Shown: positions 23,003 through 35,989 of the stretch, in pieces
Position numbering within the stretch: the first letter of the stretch is position 1
How the letters are laid out: each line of letters starts with the position of its first letter
Assembly (NCBI RefSeq): GCF_000143415.4
Contig: NW_003314367.1
Location: 62,001-126,000, forward strand
DNA length: 64,000 nt
Source of the DNA: Selaginella moellendorffii
Taxonomy: Eukaryota > Plantae > Lycopodiophyta
Direction: 5' to 3'
Position numbers and translations under genes: made by a program
Notes under the pieces: model-generated
The model's input: only the letters and a program-made list of their open reading frames with translations
Database searches by the model: none
What the model was told of the DNA's origin: nothing

Positions 23003-26000
23003 TTGTTCTTTAGTCTGACTCTTATTAATGGTCAAGTATATCACCATTTGTCGTAGCATCGAAAGATCCCGAGAGTGGGTCTATCCTTAAGGAGCAACAT
23101 GTTGAAAAAGCATAACTCTCCACCTTAGTTCATAAGTGAATATGTTGGCAATGTGGTGGATAAAAGGGGGCCAATAAGGGAACAACTTTTGAATCTTGGG
23201 AACAGTATAAAGTTTTCTTTAGAGAGTTAAAGATGTGATCCAAATAAGCATTTGACTTAGCAAATTGGCTAATATAGTTGTGGTAAAAAACTATAGTTGG
23301 GATCACAGAAAAGATAGAGACGCCTCCACAATATGAGGATAATGTTATGACTCCTTTATTATTTTGGAGTCTGAATTTGAGACCAGAGTTAATGACTGTG
23401 AGAAGTCAAATATGGATGAGGATACAAGTCTTTGAAATGGTAATCTAGGCTACCTTTAATAAATGCTGGAACAAACCCAAGGAGTTAGGGGTGTATTTAG
23501 AGAATGAGTTGGTATTTTCATCATATGGACAAATAGTCATAAGAGGCAAACGTAACCCATAAGAAACAAAAAATAATCAAGTGTCAGAGTAACACTTGCA
23601 AAAAATGGTCCTTATGAGTAGGACATGAATACAAGAAATTATATTTCAATGAATTGGCACATCAAAATTAGCCATGAGGCTAGAACCTTACTGATCGTCG
23701 AATTAACAAAGTTCAAAAAGCTAAATGACTCGAATGGAGTCAAGGAATGGTCCTAAAGGATTGGTGGAAGCATTTGGACTGAGGTTTGTTGCACTCTATA
23801 AAGGATGAGGAGGATCATAAGATTTAAATATGAGAACAGTGGGTATTTCATTGATAGTAGAATGTGTTATACTAAAGTCGTGGGAAATGTGTTTCTGAAA
23901 GAAAGAAACTTTCGCACAAAATTTGTATGTGAACACCATAGTGTAGTGCTAACTGATAGTTAGCATGAGAAATGACTACTTTGGTCTTGGCAAAAACTTA
24001 AATACAAGTGGAAAGTGTTGTAGGGTAAGCTCGTAAAGCTGATAGTGTGAAGACACTAAATGTGTTAAAGTGTTATACCTTGAGATCAAGTTAGTGGGTT
24101 TATGAGAACCCTTTACCAAAGGAATCTTAATGGAAATGGAAATGGCATATCCTAAGCTGAAAGCCATGCAATTAAGATGGGGTGACCCAAATAATGATGG
24201 AGGTGTGGAGACACCAGCAATGAGTTGTAGAGCTTGACAACTATGAAGCAACTAAGCAAAAGGTGCAATATAATTATTACATTGGTAGAAGTTAACTACT
24301 CAAGATTTTTTATTGGGATAATAAAATTATATATATCCCTCTAGTGTTTTAAAGTGTCTAAGTATCCCAATGATGGCTTTCTTTGACAATGAGCATTTCC
24401 CTTTTAGACATTGATTTATTATATGATGTAAACACTTACCATAAATAACATTTGGGACTAAAACAAAACCAACATATAATATATGATAGTAAGGGTGTCT
24501 GATGGAGTATCTTTCGATACTTAAAGTCATGGAAGTGGTGTTTAGTATCATAAGGGTATTAAATAAAGCTCAAGGGACTAAATCCGTAATGAATAAAAGA
24601 TATTATCCAACATCCAAAGTTGTAAAGATGGGAGAAGTTTATCTATCTAAATTGGACAAAGCCAAAAGAGATTTTAGCAAAGCTAATGACAAGCATATAA
24701 AGACTCGTAAGTAGTGACATTAATCCCGATATATAGGATTGCAAGGTGAGCATATCTAGGTTAAGGAACCACTCCCTAGGGTATTGGGTAAATTCATCCT
24801 TAAGAATACTTGCTAAAACATGGTAGAAAGTGCAAAGTTATCCTCCTATCCTAGAGGAGAATATCCAAAAGAAATGTATAAGGTTAAAGAACAAATAGTA
24901 TAGGGATAAAACCAAACTATAAAAATTAAAGAGCATAACCAAAGGTGTTTATGCAAGTTAGGAATAAAGAATCAAGTGGGTGCTCGAAAGTCCTACTAAC
25001 AACTGTGATGCCATAAAGAGTATAAAATATTGAATTATCCATATTAAACCATATAGCAATTAGAAGGCTTGCGAAAGGAGAAAGTCTTTAACCATCGAGT
25101 TTCATTCAAAACCATTTCTTTGAACACTCAGGAATTATTTCCCTAACCTTGATAGCCTTGCCTCATGGCAAGCTTCAAAATCATGCTTTTACTATGCCAC
25201 TCTGATTTCGCGTATTTTATAAACCATTTATAATGGTTTTTCTAAGTACTAACCTGGATTTTGTCCTTTAGTTTGTTAAAGCCTTATGCGTATGTATAAA
25301 ATCATATTATATTGGTCAAATGACTTGTTAAGTGAGATTGGGAAGTCGGGGGAATAAAGACTTTAGTTGAAGGTGTTAACTTCAAAAGGGGTGGCCCATG
25401 GGGCAAGCATGAAGAAGTCTATACATGATCACATACTTGTCAAGTGAGAGGATTTAGCAGTTCAGGGGAACTAGGTTCCTAAATTATCATTCATAGCGTG
25501 TTTTAAGTATAAATTAATAGACTAGTGTGGGGAGTCATGCCAAGCATCCTAGGTGATGCCATCCGTAAATGCATATACGGAGGTTGAATTCGAGTCCTAA
25601 CCCTCTAGTATTTGGGTTTGAGTCCCAACTTAGTACGATGTGGTGATGGTTTAAAATATGAGGACACTCATCTGTCATGAACTCTCAGTGAGGAGATTGA
25701 TTTGGGCATATTGCCAAGCAAAGGATGCCTCAGAGTCGTGATGTATGATTAAAATTGCTTAGAATGAAGGCTTAGCATATCTAACTTAAACATGGTGAAA
25801 ATGGCACCAAGGACGTGGTGAATGAGATGGGGATACCCAATTTTAGTTGCTATGGACCTTATCCAAAAGGGTTGACTTGGGTGCACTACCAAGTATGGGG
25901 GATGCCCTCGGGGTAATAATTAACAATTTAAAGGTCTGGAAGGCCTAGTACCTATTGGCAAACCTATTAAAGTGCTAAAGTGAGATCACTAGGTGATTTT

Positions 26001-27092
26001 GTGGCTAAATAATGACAATGTCCTTGTTTGGTTAAAGAATATGATTCCTGGTTTAAAGTGTTGATTTGAACTATTAGTAATTGTGTGACTTGATCAAGGT
26101 GATCCAGTGAGAAGGACACATAAGGGAAATGAGTTAGGTCAATGCAATATTATAGTGAGTCCAAGAAATTAGTTTTTAGGAAAGACCCATAGGAGGGTTA
26201 CAAATTGGGCCGTGGATAAAACCCATAACAAAAAATGTTAAAGAGACCTACTAGGGGTGAACACTTTTTGGGTTTGGCAAAATAGCAATTTTGCTATGGA
26301 ACTAAAATGATATCTTGAGGAGGGAGGTAATGATCCTATGTTACTGGGTGCAACAATCAAAGGATAGGAGCAAAAGACTAGTGGCCAAGATTAGACCATA
26401 GATATCATTGGAAGGAATCCAAATGGAAATATTAGGTGAGGAACATTTATGTATTGGATGCTAATAGATTGTGGGAAAGGAAATTTATTTCCAAGGATGG
26501 AATCCCAAATGCTCCAATTTAGCGAAGGTAAAAACTCCATAAAATATGGAGTAGTAAAAGTACCCAAATGATAATGCTATTAATGACTCTAGCATAAATT
26601 ATGGATAAGTGAAACTTAATGCCAAGGGTGGCATGAAATAAAAGAGAGGATGATGGTGCCCTTAAGTAAATAAATTCCTAGGATAGGGAAATAGAGTTTG
26701 CACAACATATGCAATACAAGGTGTCGAAGACACCCAAGAAATTGACTTTAAAAAGTCAAAATTAAAAGTTCCAAAGTGTAATAGTTATGTTGATAGAAAA
26801 TGAAATTATTCAGGAATGAGTAGTGGGATTGAGATAGATGTATCTAACAGATTTAGCAAAAACTAAACCAAATAAAGGGAGAAAACCACCACAAGTGGTT
26901 TAATAACTCTCTAAATTGGAGAGACTATGCTCTTTAGAGGAGGGGAAATGCATGGTGAGCCTTTAGTGTTAAACCATTGATGAATATTGGTTTGGTGCCA
27001 AAGATGAAAAATGGTAATCCATGATGGGGTTACTTTATAAAATAGTTTATTATTTGATGAAGACATTGAACTTCGTGTATATGTAGTGGAGT
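23003..27092. mobile_element. Decayed gypsy internal sequence; ~25080-27050 reads as RT/RNaseH/integrase remnants on the - strand
   Basis: A minus-strand remnant QNCYFAKPKKC (~26260-26295) resembles the RT motif LYAKxSKC. 25270-25560 is a direct paralogue of 21120-21412. No intact ORF. Confidence 0.55.
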
Positions 27093-27392
27093 TGTGATAC
27101 ACAAATCCCTAAGCCCCAAAATTTAGCCGAAAGAGTGCCATGTGGTAGTGGCCGAAGTAGAAGCCAAATGAGTGTGGACTAGAAGCTCTGACTTGGATAG
27201 TCATGAGTGGGAGTGGAACTCCCAATGAAGTGCTCAAGGAACGAGCACGAAGCAAGCAGTAAATGAGTCTCTAAAAAAGGGACACAAAAGGATTAATATA
27301 TAACACGTGGAAGTGTTGAGATAGACATAAGATGGGCCTAAGATAGAGTCCTAGAAGGAGTATGAGATGGACTTGAGATGGAGTCCAAGATC
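27093..27392 (+). mobile_element. Truncated LTR A (5' ~300 bp)
   Basis: tgtgatacacaaatccctaagccccaaa... matches 21413 onward and breaks off in the 12-bp repeat region. Confidence 0.85.
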
Positions 27393-27908
27393 CTCATCTA
27401 TCTAACCACCATAGCCTTGGCCTTAGTTAAGTTTCCTCACTAAAGTACCTGCCTATTGTACTAGTTCTCACTTGGTTCTACTTGGTTTCAGCAACTCGGT
27501 GCATGTAGCAATAGAACATTGACCATCCATCCACAATTTCCAGATTCTCTCCCAATCCCCTCCATGAGTTAGACTACATTTAATGTTAGGCTACACTCCA
27601 TATAAGCACAAGCAGCTAAGCACACCAAACTTCCAGGTTTTTAACATTCCTTAGTACAACAAGATTTCATCATAAAACCCTCTAAATCCTAAGCCTTGAG
27701 TGTAACACTTGCTTTAGGACACCTGGGGGAACACCATGGCCTAATGTCCCAATATGGGTACCCTTATTCCCCCACTTCCATCCAGAAGAAAAAGCCCAAG
27801 CCCCTAAGAAGGGTGAGGACCAATGAACCACCTAGCTACTTAAGTGGCCATCATTTCATATGAGCTGGAGCACCACAATTGTTTCCACTTCAGGAGTGGG
27901 AGTACTCT

Positions 27909-28597
27909 NNNNNNNNNNNNNNNNNNNNNNNNNNNNNNNNNNNNNNNNNNNNNNNNNNNNNNNNNNNNNNNNNNNNNNNNNNNNNNNNNNNNNNNNNNNN
28001 NNNNNNNNNNNNNNNNNNNNNNNNNNNNNNNNNNNNNNNNNNNNNNNNNNNNNNNNNNNNNNNNNNNNNNNNNNNNNNNNNNNNNNNNNNNNNNNNNNNN
28101 NNNNNNNNNNNNNNNNNNNNNNNNNNNNNNNNNNNNNNNNNNNNNNNNNNNNNNNNNNNNNNNNNNNNNNNNNNNNNNNNNNNNNNNNNNNNNNNNNNNN
28201 NNNNNNNNNNNNNNNNNNNNNNNNNNNNNNNNNNNNNNNNNNNNNNNNNNNNNNNNNNNNNNNNNNNNNNNNNNNNNNNNNNNNNNNNNNNNNNNNNNNN
28301 NNNNNNNNNNNNNNNNNNNNNNNNNNNNNNNNNNNNNNNNNNNNNNNNNNNNNNNNNNNNNNNNNNNNNNNNNNNNNNNNNNNNNNNNNNNNNNNNNNNN
28401 NNNNNNNNNNNNNNNNNNNNNNNNNNNNNNNNNNNNNNNNNNNNNNNNNNNNNNNNNNNNNNNNNNNNNNNNNNNNNNNNNNNNNNNNNNNNNNNNNNNN
28501 NNNNNNNNNNNNNNNNNNNNNNNNNNNNNNNNNNNNNNNNNNNNNNNNNNNNNNNNNNNNNNNNNNNNNNNNNNNNNNNNNNNNNNNNNNNNNNNNN
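27909..28597. other. Assembly gap (N run)
   Basis: N characters. Confidence 0.99.
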
Positions 28598-28700
28598 ATA
28601 GAGCCACAAGAGGCACAGAATATGACAGAGCATGAGCGTGCCCACATATAAAAATCTTCATACGTAGAGGAAGAAGTATATATATATATATATATATATA

Positions 28701-28825
28701 TAGCCAAAAACCCTAGCTTATATACAAGAGCGAGCGATCCGGATTGAAACTAATCCGATGGCTACCAAAATCCCACTATGCTTATATTAGTATATGGCAT
28801 CGTAGCTGTACACTTGGCCCTCACA
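28701..28825 (-). repeat. Inverted partial copy of the 5' LTR B (fold-back arm)
   Basis: Its reverse complement matches 29017-29142 with 1 substitution and 1 indel. Confidence 0.92.
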
Positions 28826-28916
28826 CACACACACATACATATATATACTGTTTTGTTAAACCCATTAAAGACACCTTCTCTATCTCAATCTTACTATTTA
28901 TTCTGGAGTAATCTCG

Positions 28917-28918
<2 letters not shown>

Positions 28919-28991
<73 letters not shown>
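28919..28991. repeat. (TA)n microsatellite
   Basis: About 36 TA units; a shorter (TA)n lies at 28678-28702. Confidence 0.98.
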
Positions 28992-28993
<2 letters not shown>

Positions 28994-29464
28994 GTGTATT
29001 TGTGTATGTGTGTGTGTGTGAGGGCCAAGTGTACAGCTACGATGCCATATACTAATATTAGCATAGTGGGATTTTGGTAGCCATCGGATTAGTTTCAATC
29101 CGGATCGCTCGCTCTTGTATATAAGCTAGGGTTTTTGGGCTAATTGATATATATATTTCTGTATTCCCTTTTCATATTCCATGCACTCACATTGGTGGAG
29201 TTGAGGGGCACCTTTGATTGTCCATGAGGAGTGCTTGAATTTGGGATTTTAGTTTAGATCTAGCTTTTGCTTTGTTTAGATCTAGCTTTTTCCATTCCCT
29301 TTCTTTTGTTCTTTCCTTTCAGGATTTTGGTTTAAATTTAGATTTTTTGCATTGTCTAGATCTCCCATTTCCTTCTCGCTTTTTTTCATTTCTCTTCTTT
29401 TGCTCTTTCTTCGTCCATCTTCATGGTAGATCAGCAATCTCCTCCTTTGACTCTGGAGCAGTAG

Positions 29465-32400
29465 TTGGTACAATTGCTTGATGCTATGCGCTTACAATTG
29501 AACAACCAAACTCAATTGATGGCGGTGTTCACGGCACGTGGTACACCTCCTCCTGCTCTTGGTGCTAATCCTCGCGTTCGGCCGGAGTCCTTTCACGGGA
29601 ATCCTGAGGATGATGTGTACCATTGGTTTGATCACTTCATGGTGATTGCCACATATCATTCTTGGGATGATGCTCGATGTTTGCATGAGTTTCCCACGTG
29701 TCTCCAAGGGACGGCATTGCAATGGTACAATGGTTTGAGCACAGTCACTCATGAGGATTGGAGTGTTCTCCCAGACATCTTCAAACGCGCCTTCGGACAT
29801 GCTGACAACTGTGATGATGCCTTCCAACAATTGCATCATCTTCGCCAAGGGCCATCTGAGTCGGTGATGCAATTTGGCATTCGTTTCTGAAGTTTTTTGC
29901 TTCGTGCGGAGCCAAATATGTTAAAGCGGATCAAGCTAGGAATGTTGTGGCTAGCACTTCGTTAAGATCTTGTCGGACTTGTCCATGCACTTTCTCCCAC
30001 CACCCTTGACGATGCTCTTCACTTGGCACAACATTATGAGATGTTGCCTCTTCCACTTTTCGTTGCACATCCTTTAGCTCCACTTCCTTTGGGTGATGGT
30101 CCTGTTCCAATGGAGGTTGATGCTGCTGCTGCTTGAGTCCAAGGACAAAGTCGAGGACATGGTCATGGCGGTGATGTTTGCTGCTGGGCGTGTGATGAAG
30201 TTGGTCATATTTATCAGTGTTGTCGGCGGTTTCCGGATTGGCAACCTCCATTTCCTAGGTGGAGACCTTGGCGTCAGCAACGTCCCGTTGGTGTTGCTGC
30301 AGTGGACGGTTTGGACACCAAGATACATCAGGGAAACGAGGAGTCACGCGAGTAATGGAGGGACCTTGAGCAAATAAGTCAGTGACCCCTCCATCTTTCT
30401 TTCAGGAGTATCATCAAGGTGTTCACTCAGCACCGGTTCATTCAGTGTTTACTTTCCAAGCTCGTTTTTATAACAAGAGGTCTCCTATTATTCTCTCTAT
30501 GTTAGTTGATACAAGTTCGAATTTATCTTCTATTGCTCGACCTGTTGCCACACGTTGCTATTTACACTTGCATCATGCGATGGAACTAGTTTTCATTCTT
30601 TATGGCAACAGCCGTACACATGCATGTGCACGGGATGAGGTGGACCTGGTTGTGCGTATGGGTGATCTCGAGCTTGAGTTGCAGTCATTGCAGGTGGTGC
30701 CGAGTCAAACTTTTGACCTCATTCTTGATATGGATTGGTTGCAGTGCAATCATGCTAAGTGTGATTTTGAGGCTTCTCCCCCTTGTTTCATCCATTCCTT
30801 TCACTTCTGTACCTCTTTGTCCCTCTACTTTTACCTCTGCTTCCATTACTTTTGTTCCCCCACTATTTCCTTCTATGTTTCCATCTTGTTCTACTCTTCT
30901 CTTTTCTGATCCTTCCGATGATCTTTGTGTTGCAGTGGTGGACCGACTCATGAAGGAGTATTTTGATCTATTTGAATTTGACCTATTGTCTGGGGCCAAG
31001 ATTGCCACACATCATCCAATTCCAACCGGGGATGCTCGTCCAATCAAGGTTCCTGTTCATTGTTGATCACCCAAGGAGATCCGGATTTTATGTGCAAATG
31101 TTAAGGAGATGTTGGAGAAGGGTGTTATTTGGAAGTCGCGGAGTCCTTGGGCATATGAACCTCATCTTGTGACAAAGCCTAATGGGAGTATTTGTTTCTG
31201 CATCAACTATCATCCATTAAACGAAGTGACGATCCCGGATGTGTACCCTCTTCCTCACACTGCTGATCTCTTGGATCGTCTAGGGTGAAGTCGTTAGTTC
31301 ACCAAGTTAGATCTTGCTTTTGGGTACTAGCAAGTACCGATGGCCGAAGAAGATATTCCTAAGACTGCTTTTCGTACACCATTTGGTTTGTACGAGTTCT
31401 TGGTGATGCTGTTTGATTTGAACAATGCTCCAGCAACTTTCCAGCGGATGATGGACGAGGTTCTTTGTGATATGCCGGAGGTGACTCCTAACTTCATTGA
31501 TGATGTCTTAATCCACTCAGAAGGGACGTGGGAGGAGCATGTCTGTGATGTTTGTAAAGTGTTGGATTGGCTACGCGATGTTGGTTTAAAGCTGAAGCGG
31601 TCGAAGTGCATATTTGGGTCCAAAGATAGAACTTATCTTGGGTACCGTATTTCTCATGAGGGTTTGCAAATTGATCCTGACAAACTTGTGGTTGTTCTAA
31701 AGTTCCCTACTCCGAAGTGTGTGAATGATGTGCAGTGCTTCTTGGGCAAGGTGCAGTATCTCAGTCGTTTTGTAGATCATCTTTTGATCGCATTGCACTA
31801 TTGTGAGCATTGCTAAAGTCATCAACATCATCTTTTATTTGGTCTCTAGATTGTGAGCGGGCATTCAGGGATCTCAAAGAGCTGTTAACGACTCCTTCGG
31901 TTTTGGCATATCCTGACTACACTCGATCTTTTATTTTGCATGTGGATGCTTTTGACATTAGTCTTGGACGTGTGTTGATGCAAGAAAGCTCAAGTGTGCC
32001 TAGTCAGTGCCATCCCATTGCATATATAAGTCGTATATTACAACCAACAGAAATGAACTACTCCACGACAGAGGAGTGTTTAGCAGCAGTTTGGGGTTTT
32101 GAGCAACTTCATGCATATCTACATAGTTCTCGAACGTTACTTGAAGGTGATCATGTTGTTGTTACTTCATTATTGAAACGGAAGAACCTAGTTGGTCATA
32201 CTGCTCGATGGGCTTTAAAGCTTAAGATATATAATTTTGATGTTATTCATCGCCCAGGGAGTTCTATGGCTGATGCTGATGCCCTTTCTCGAGCTCCTCT
32301 TCCTTCTCCATTTTCTTCTCATGTTTCTGATGAGCTTGTTGTTCTAGCCTCTATGGATTTTCTAGACGAGGATTTTGTGCCGTCGGCGGTTGCTATACTT

Positions 32401-35345
32401 GACATTCAGTGTCCATAAGGCACAAAGCAAGATCTACCTTCTCTTGATGAGGTTCGCAAGGCTCAAAAGATTGAGCCATGGATTTGAAGGCTTCGAGATG
32501 GGTTTGAAAATCTTGCATCACTTGCTGATGATATGCCTTTCCGGCATTTACATTCTCAATATCACCTAAAAGACGGCCTTCTTTATTTTGTGGGGACAGA
32601 TCTTAATGATCATTTACGGTTGGTAGTGCCTTTTAACAAGGCTTTTCATATTTATCCTTTTTAAAACCATAGAGGTCCGGTTTCGACATGCTCGAAACCG
32701 GCAAAGAGCATATGGAGGGGTGGTGATGAAGGGAGGATCCCTGGAACTAGAGTTCGGTTCTGTGTAGATCAGATCAAGGAACTAGAGTCCGGTTCTGTGC
32801 CGCCCAAATCCGTGCCACTCACTCCACAAGCGCGTGCTCCCTATCTGTACTGGTGGTGAACTCCGCGCCTTATCCATGGTCCCTAGCCTCATCTCTCCCA
32901 TGTGAATGCGTCTACCAATGTGAAGGACTTGAGTCAATCGTGAGATCAGTGAAGGTACACTGCCCTTGCTTGATCTCCATCTGTATGGTGCCTACAATTT
33001 CCCAGAGATATAAAAAGCCCCTGGAGGTGTACTGTCCTAGATCCCATGGTGCAATGAACTGAGGAGGAATGTGCCATCTCTGGTAATGGTGATGCTACTG
33101 CTGCCTGGAAGTCCTTTCCTGGCTGCTGTGTGACTAATCCCCTCCAACTGGGATTGCTGTTTCCAGCCTCCCATCAGGCCGTGCAAGTGTAGTGCCGCCA
33201 CACCAGTCCCACTGCCTCATACCAATATAGCCGTACCCTTGGCGCTATCCATCTGGAATCACGACCAAAGGCGAGCCGCTCCTTTCGGATCCAGGTTGAA
33301 GTTACGTTTCTGCACTCCAACAAGCTAGCCTAATGCAGCTTTTAACACGAACCATGCCCCTCGAAACATCCCATACATCTAAATGGCATTGCTCCGAGTG
33401 CCTTGATCATGGTGGATCCACAACCAAGGCAAGAAAGGGATTAGCCAACATAGCTGGAACTTCAGTGTGCCATTGAAAGTTGTTCCGTTGCCAATTGGAA
33501 CTAGGTGTGCAATCAGAAGGTAGGGAAATGCTGCCACGTAGTTTGAAGGACCCGGTGCGTGTCAAAGAATAGTGTCCTTTGCATATTCACACGAGCTGCT
33601 GTAATGGCGCCAAGCGAGTGGTCCCCTCCTTAGGTGGAGTTTGGCTCTCCGGACCCCAAAACTCCAGACCCCAAGTGAATGAGGAAGGAAGGACGCTGCC
33701 AATGAGGTTCTGTGCAGTTAGTGTCCTTGGAAGAAGTTCTAGCAACCGTGGACTCCAAAGCCCCAAACTTGAACCATGTTTTGACATTTGGACGTTTGGA
33801 TCTCGCTCGTGAACCATTGGATTGCCACGAAGTTTTGCTGGTGTGTGCTCCTTCAGAGGATCTATCTTCCCACCGTTGCGATCGGCGAAAAGGTACCTGG
33901 TTCAGCCGCAGCCGCAATCCCTAGGTCGTCCATAACCCTAGCCGCCACCAGATAGGGTCGCCTTGATCTCCTGATTCCTAGCTCCAAATCGCCTGTTCTT
34001 GGACTCAGAATGATTGTGGGGATGTGCTCTCTCTAGCCGTGAGAAGGAATCGTGGAAAATTCCAGGTGGGGAGCTCGCAGTGACTAAAAGAGTACTCTTG
34101 ACACTTTCTTGCTCATGGAACATGCAAATCCATTGAAACCAAGGCACAGCTTGCTCTCAGCATCATCCTTATTGCTCTCTTAGTCCTAGTCCTACTCTGG
34201 ATCAAGCACAAAAGTCGACTCTCAAGGCACTCCTCTTCTCGCTAAACTTAGGGTTCTCGGTGGTGCCTTTTATCTTTATTCTGCAATTTCTCCATACCTA
34301 CCATAATTCTCCTGTTCTAGGTGGGCATATGAGACGTCGTTGTGTAACCGAGAAACTGCGCAAGTCTTTCTATTGGCAAGAGATGTGACGTGATATTATC
34401 CAGTATGTGTGTAGTTGCGTTTAGTGCTAAGCTTGTAATACTCCCCCTCGGGCTGCAAAAGGACAGTTGGAGTCAATTGCAATTTCCCGTCCGTTTGAGT
34501 TGGTAGCGTTTGATCTTATGGGACCTTTTCCATGGTCAATTGTTGGCAATGAGTATGTTATTATTGCTTCTGACTACTTGACTCGTTAGGTGGAAGTTGG
34601 TGCTCTTGCTAGCGCCTCTGCAACTGCTGTTAGATACTTCCTCCTCAATCGAGTGGTGTTCTAGCATTCTTGTCCAGAGCGGATTCTTTCGGATAATGTT
34701 CCCGCATTTATGGCTGAGGCGTTTCATGTTTTGACGTCTCGGTTGGGGATACGCCACACTTTCACAAGTGCTTATCATCCACAATCAGACGGTCTGGTGA
34801 AACAGCTCGTTCAGACATTCAAGGGGATGATTGCAAAATATATGAACTTTCAGCATTTGGATTGGGATGGTTATTTGCCATCTCTTCGGTATGCATATGT
34901 CACAGGGGTGTAGAGTTCTGTTGATGCTTCACCATATAAACTTCTATATAGTCATGATCCAATATTACTAATGGAGTTGGGTTTACCTTCGCAATTGCCA
35001 CGAGCTGCGGATGCTAAGTCATGGGATCAATATTTGACGAGCATTCTTCCACTTGTCCGAGCGGAGTCTGCTGAACACTTAGCCGCGTACAAGTGGGACA
35101 ACAATGGTGGTACAACCTATCATCGTTCACCTGTGGAATACAACGTGGATGATTTGGTGTTAGTCCATTTTCCCCATCTTACGGTACATGGTTTATCTAA
35201 GGGGCTCCTTGCACAGTGGAAAGGACTGTATCGGGTGTTGTGGCAAGTTGGACCACAAGTTTATGAGGTTCGGCATGACGTCCAGCAGGCCGATCCTCCA
35301 GAGATTGTGCATGTGTAGCGGTTGAAATGCTTTATACAAAGGGAT
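29465..35345 (+). pseudogene. gag-pol polyprotein remnant
   Basis: Gag (PESFHGNPEDDVYHW, LRQGPSESV), protease (MLVDTSS, DLILDMDWL), RT (KTAFRTPFGLYEF, NAPATFQ, FIDDVLI), RNaseH (LHVDA, NYSTTEE, ADALSR), integrase (HHCC at ~34300-34437, AYHPQSDG). Many stops and frameshifts. Confidence 0.93.
32636..34258 (-). mobile_element. 1.6-kb insertion into gypsy pol with a 14-bp TSD; retrocopy or non-autonomous non-LTR element
   Basis: ggtagtgcctttta (32622-32635) and ggtggtgcctttta (34259-34272) flank it. Removing it restores the pol frame RLVVPF|IFILQFLHTYH. Confidence 0.8.
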
Positions 35346-35989
35346 GAGGAGCAGTTAATACCACCTACAGATTTGCCGATGCCTCCTCCTGATGTTCCTC
35401 CAGATCCAAGCCCATTTACAAGAGAACCCTGATGGTCTTCCATTATTCCGAGAGGAGGGGATGATGTGAGGGCCAAGTGTACAGCTACGATGCCGTATAC
35501 TAATATTAACATAATGGGATTTTGGTAGCTGTCGGATTGGTTTCAATCCAGACCACTCACTCTTGTATATAAATTAGGGTTTTTGGGCTAATTGATATAC
35601 ACATTTCTGTATTCTCTTTCTATATTCCATGCACTCACATATACGGCAGATCTATAGGTATGTATGTGGGTAGATGTTCTAAAGTTTCTAATGGAAAATC
35701 TCAAGTTAAAGCCAATAGTACAATAGGGAATCTTGAAGATAAACATGAATAGGATTGCAAGGGCAGTTTGGTTATGTAGATCCAACATGGAGGAAGCATA
35801 GAAAGTCTAGATTCACAAGTTTAATGATCAATACTTGAATCCAGATCCATAGCATCTTTTGAGAATGGAGAAATTAAGGAATAAGAAGCTGGATCCTTCC
35901 ATCATAAGGCCTTATGCAGTGGTGGGACAAAGCCCAAGCCAGGAGGGAAAGGAATCAAATTGTGGAGAGGCAAAGACACCAAACTATAT

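Larger units (their letters stand above)
29017..35639 (+). mobile_element. Full-length decayed Ty3/gypsy retrotransposon (family B) with 175-bp LTRs
   Basis: LTRs at 29017-29191 and 35465-35639 (TG...CA). PBS tggtggagttgagggg (29193-29208, tRNA-Ala-like). PPT gagaggagggggatga just before 35465. Domain order is gag-PR-RT-RH-INT. No clear TSD (microsatellite flank). Confidence 0.93.

Noticed and set aside
21413-27392. A single intact element bounded by the LTRs at 21413 and 27093
   Set aside because: The second LTR has no convincing PPT and is truncated, and the pol remnants upstream of it are on the opposite strand. Separate nested insertions are more likely.
27840-28707. Six ORFs of 240-280 aa
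   Set aside because: Artefacts of the second N gap.
33530-33560. Minus-strand peptide RTGSFKLRG resembling the PLP-lysine motif of threonine dehydratase
   Set aside because: An isolated short match; the flanking translation shows no further similarity.
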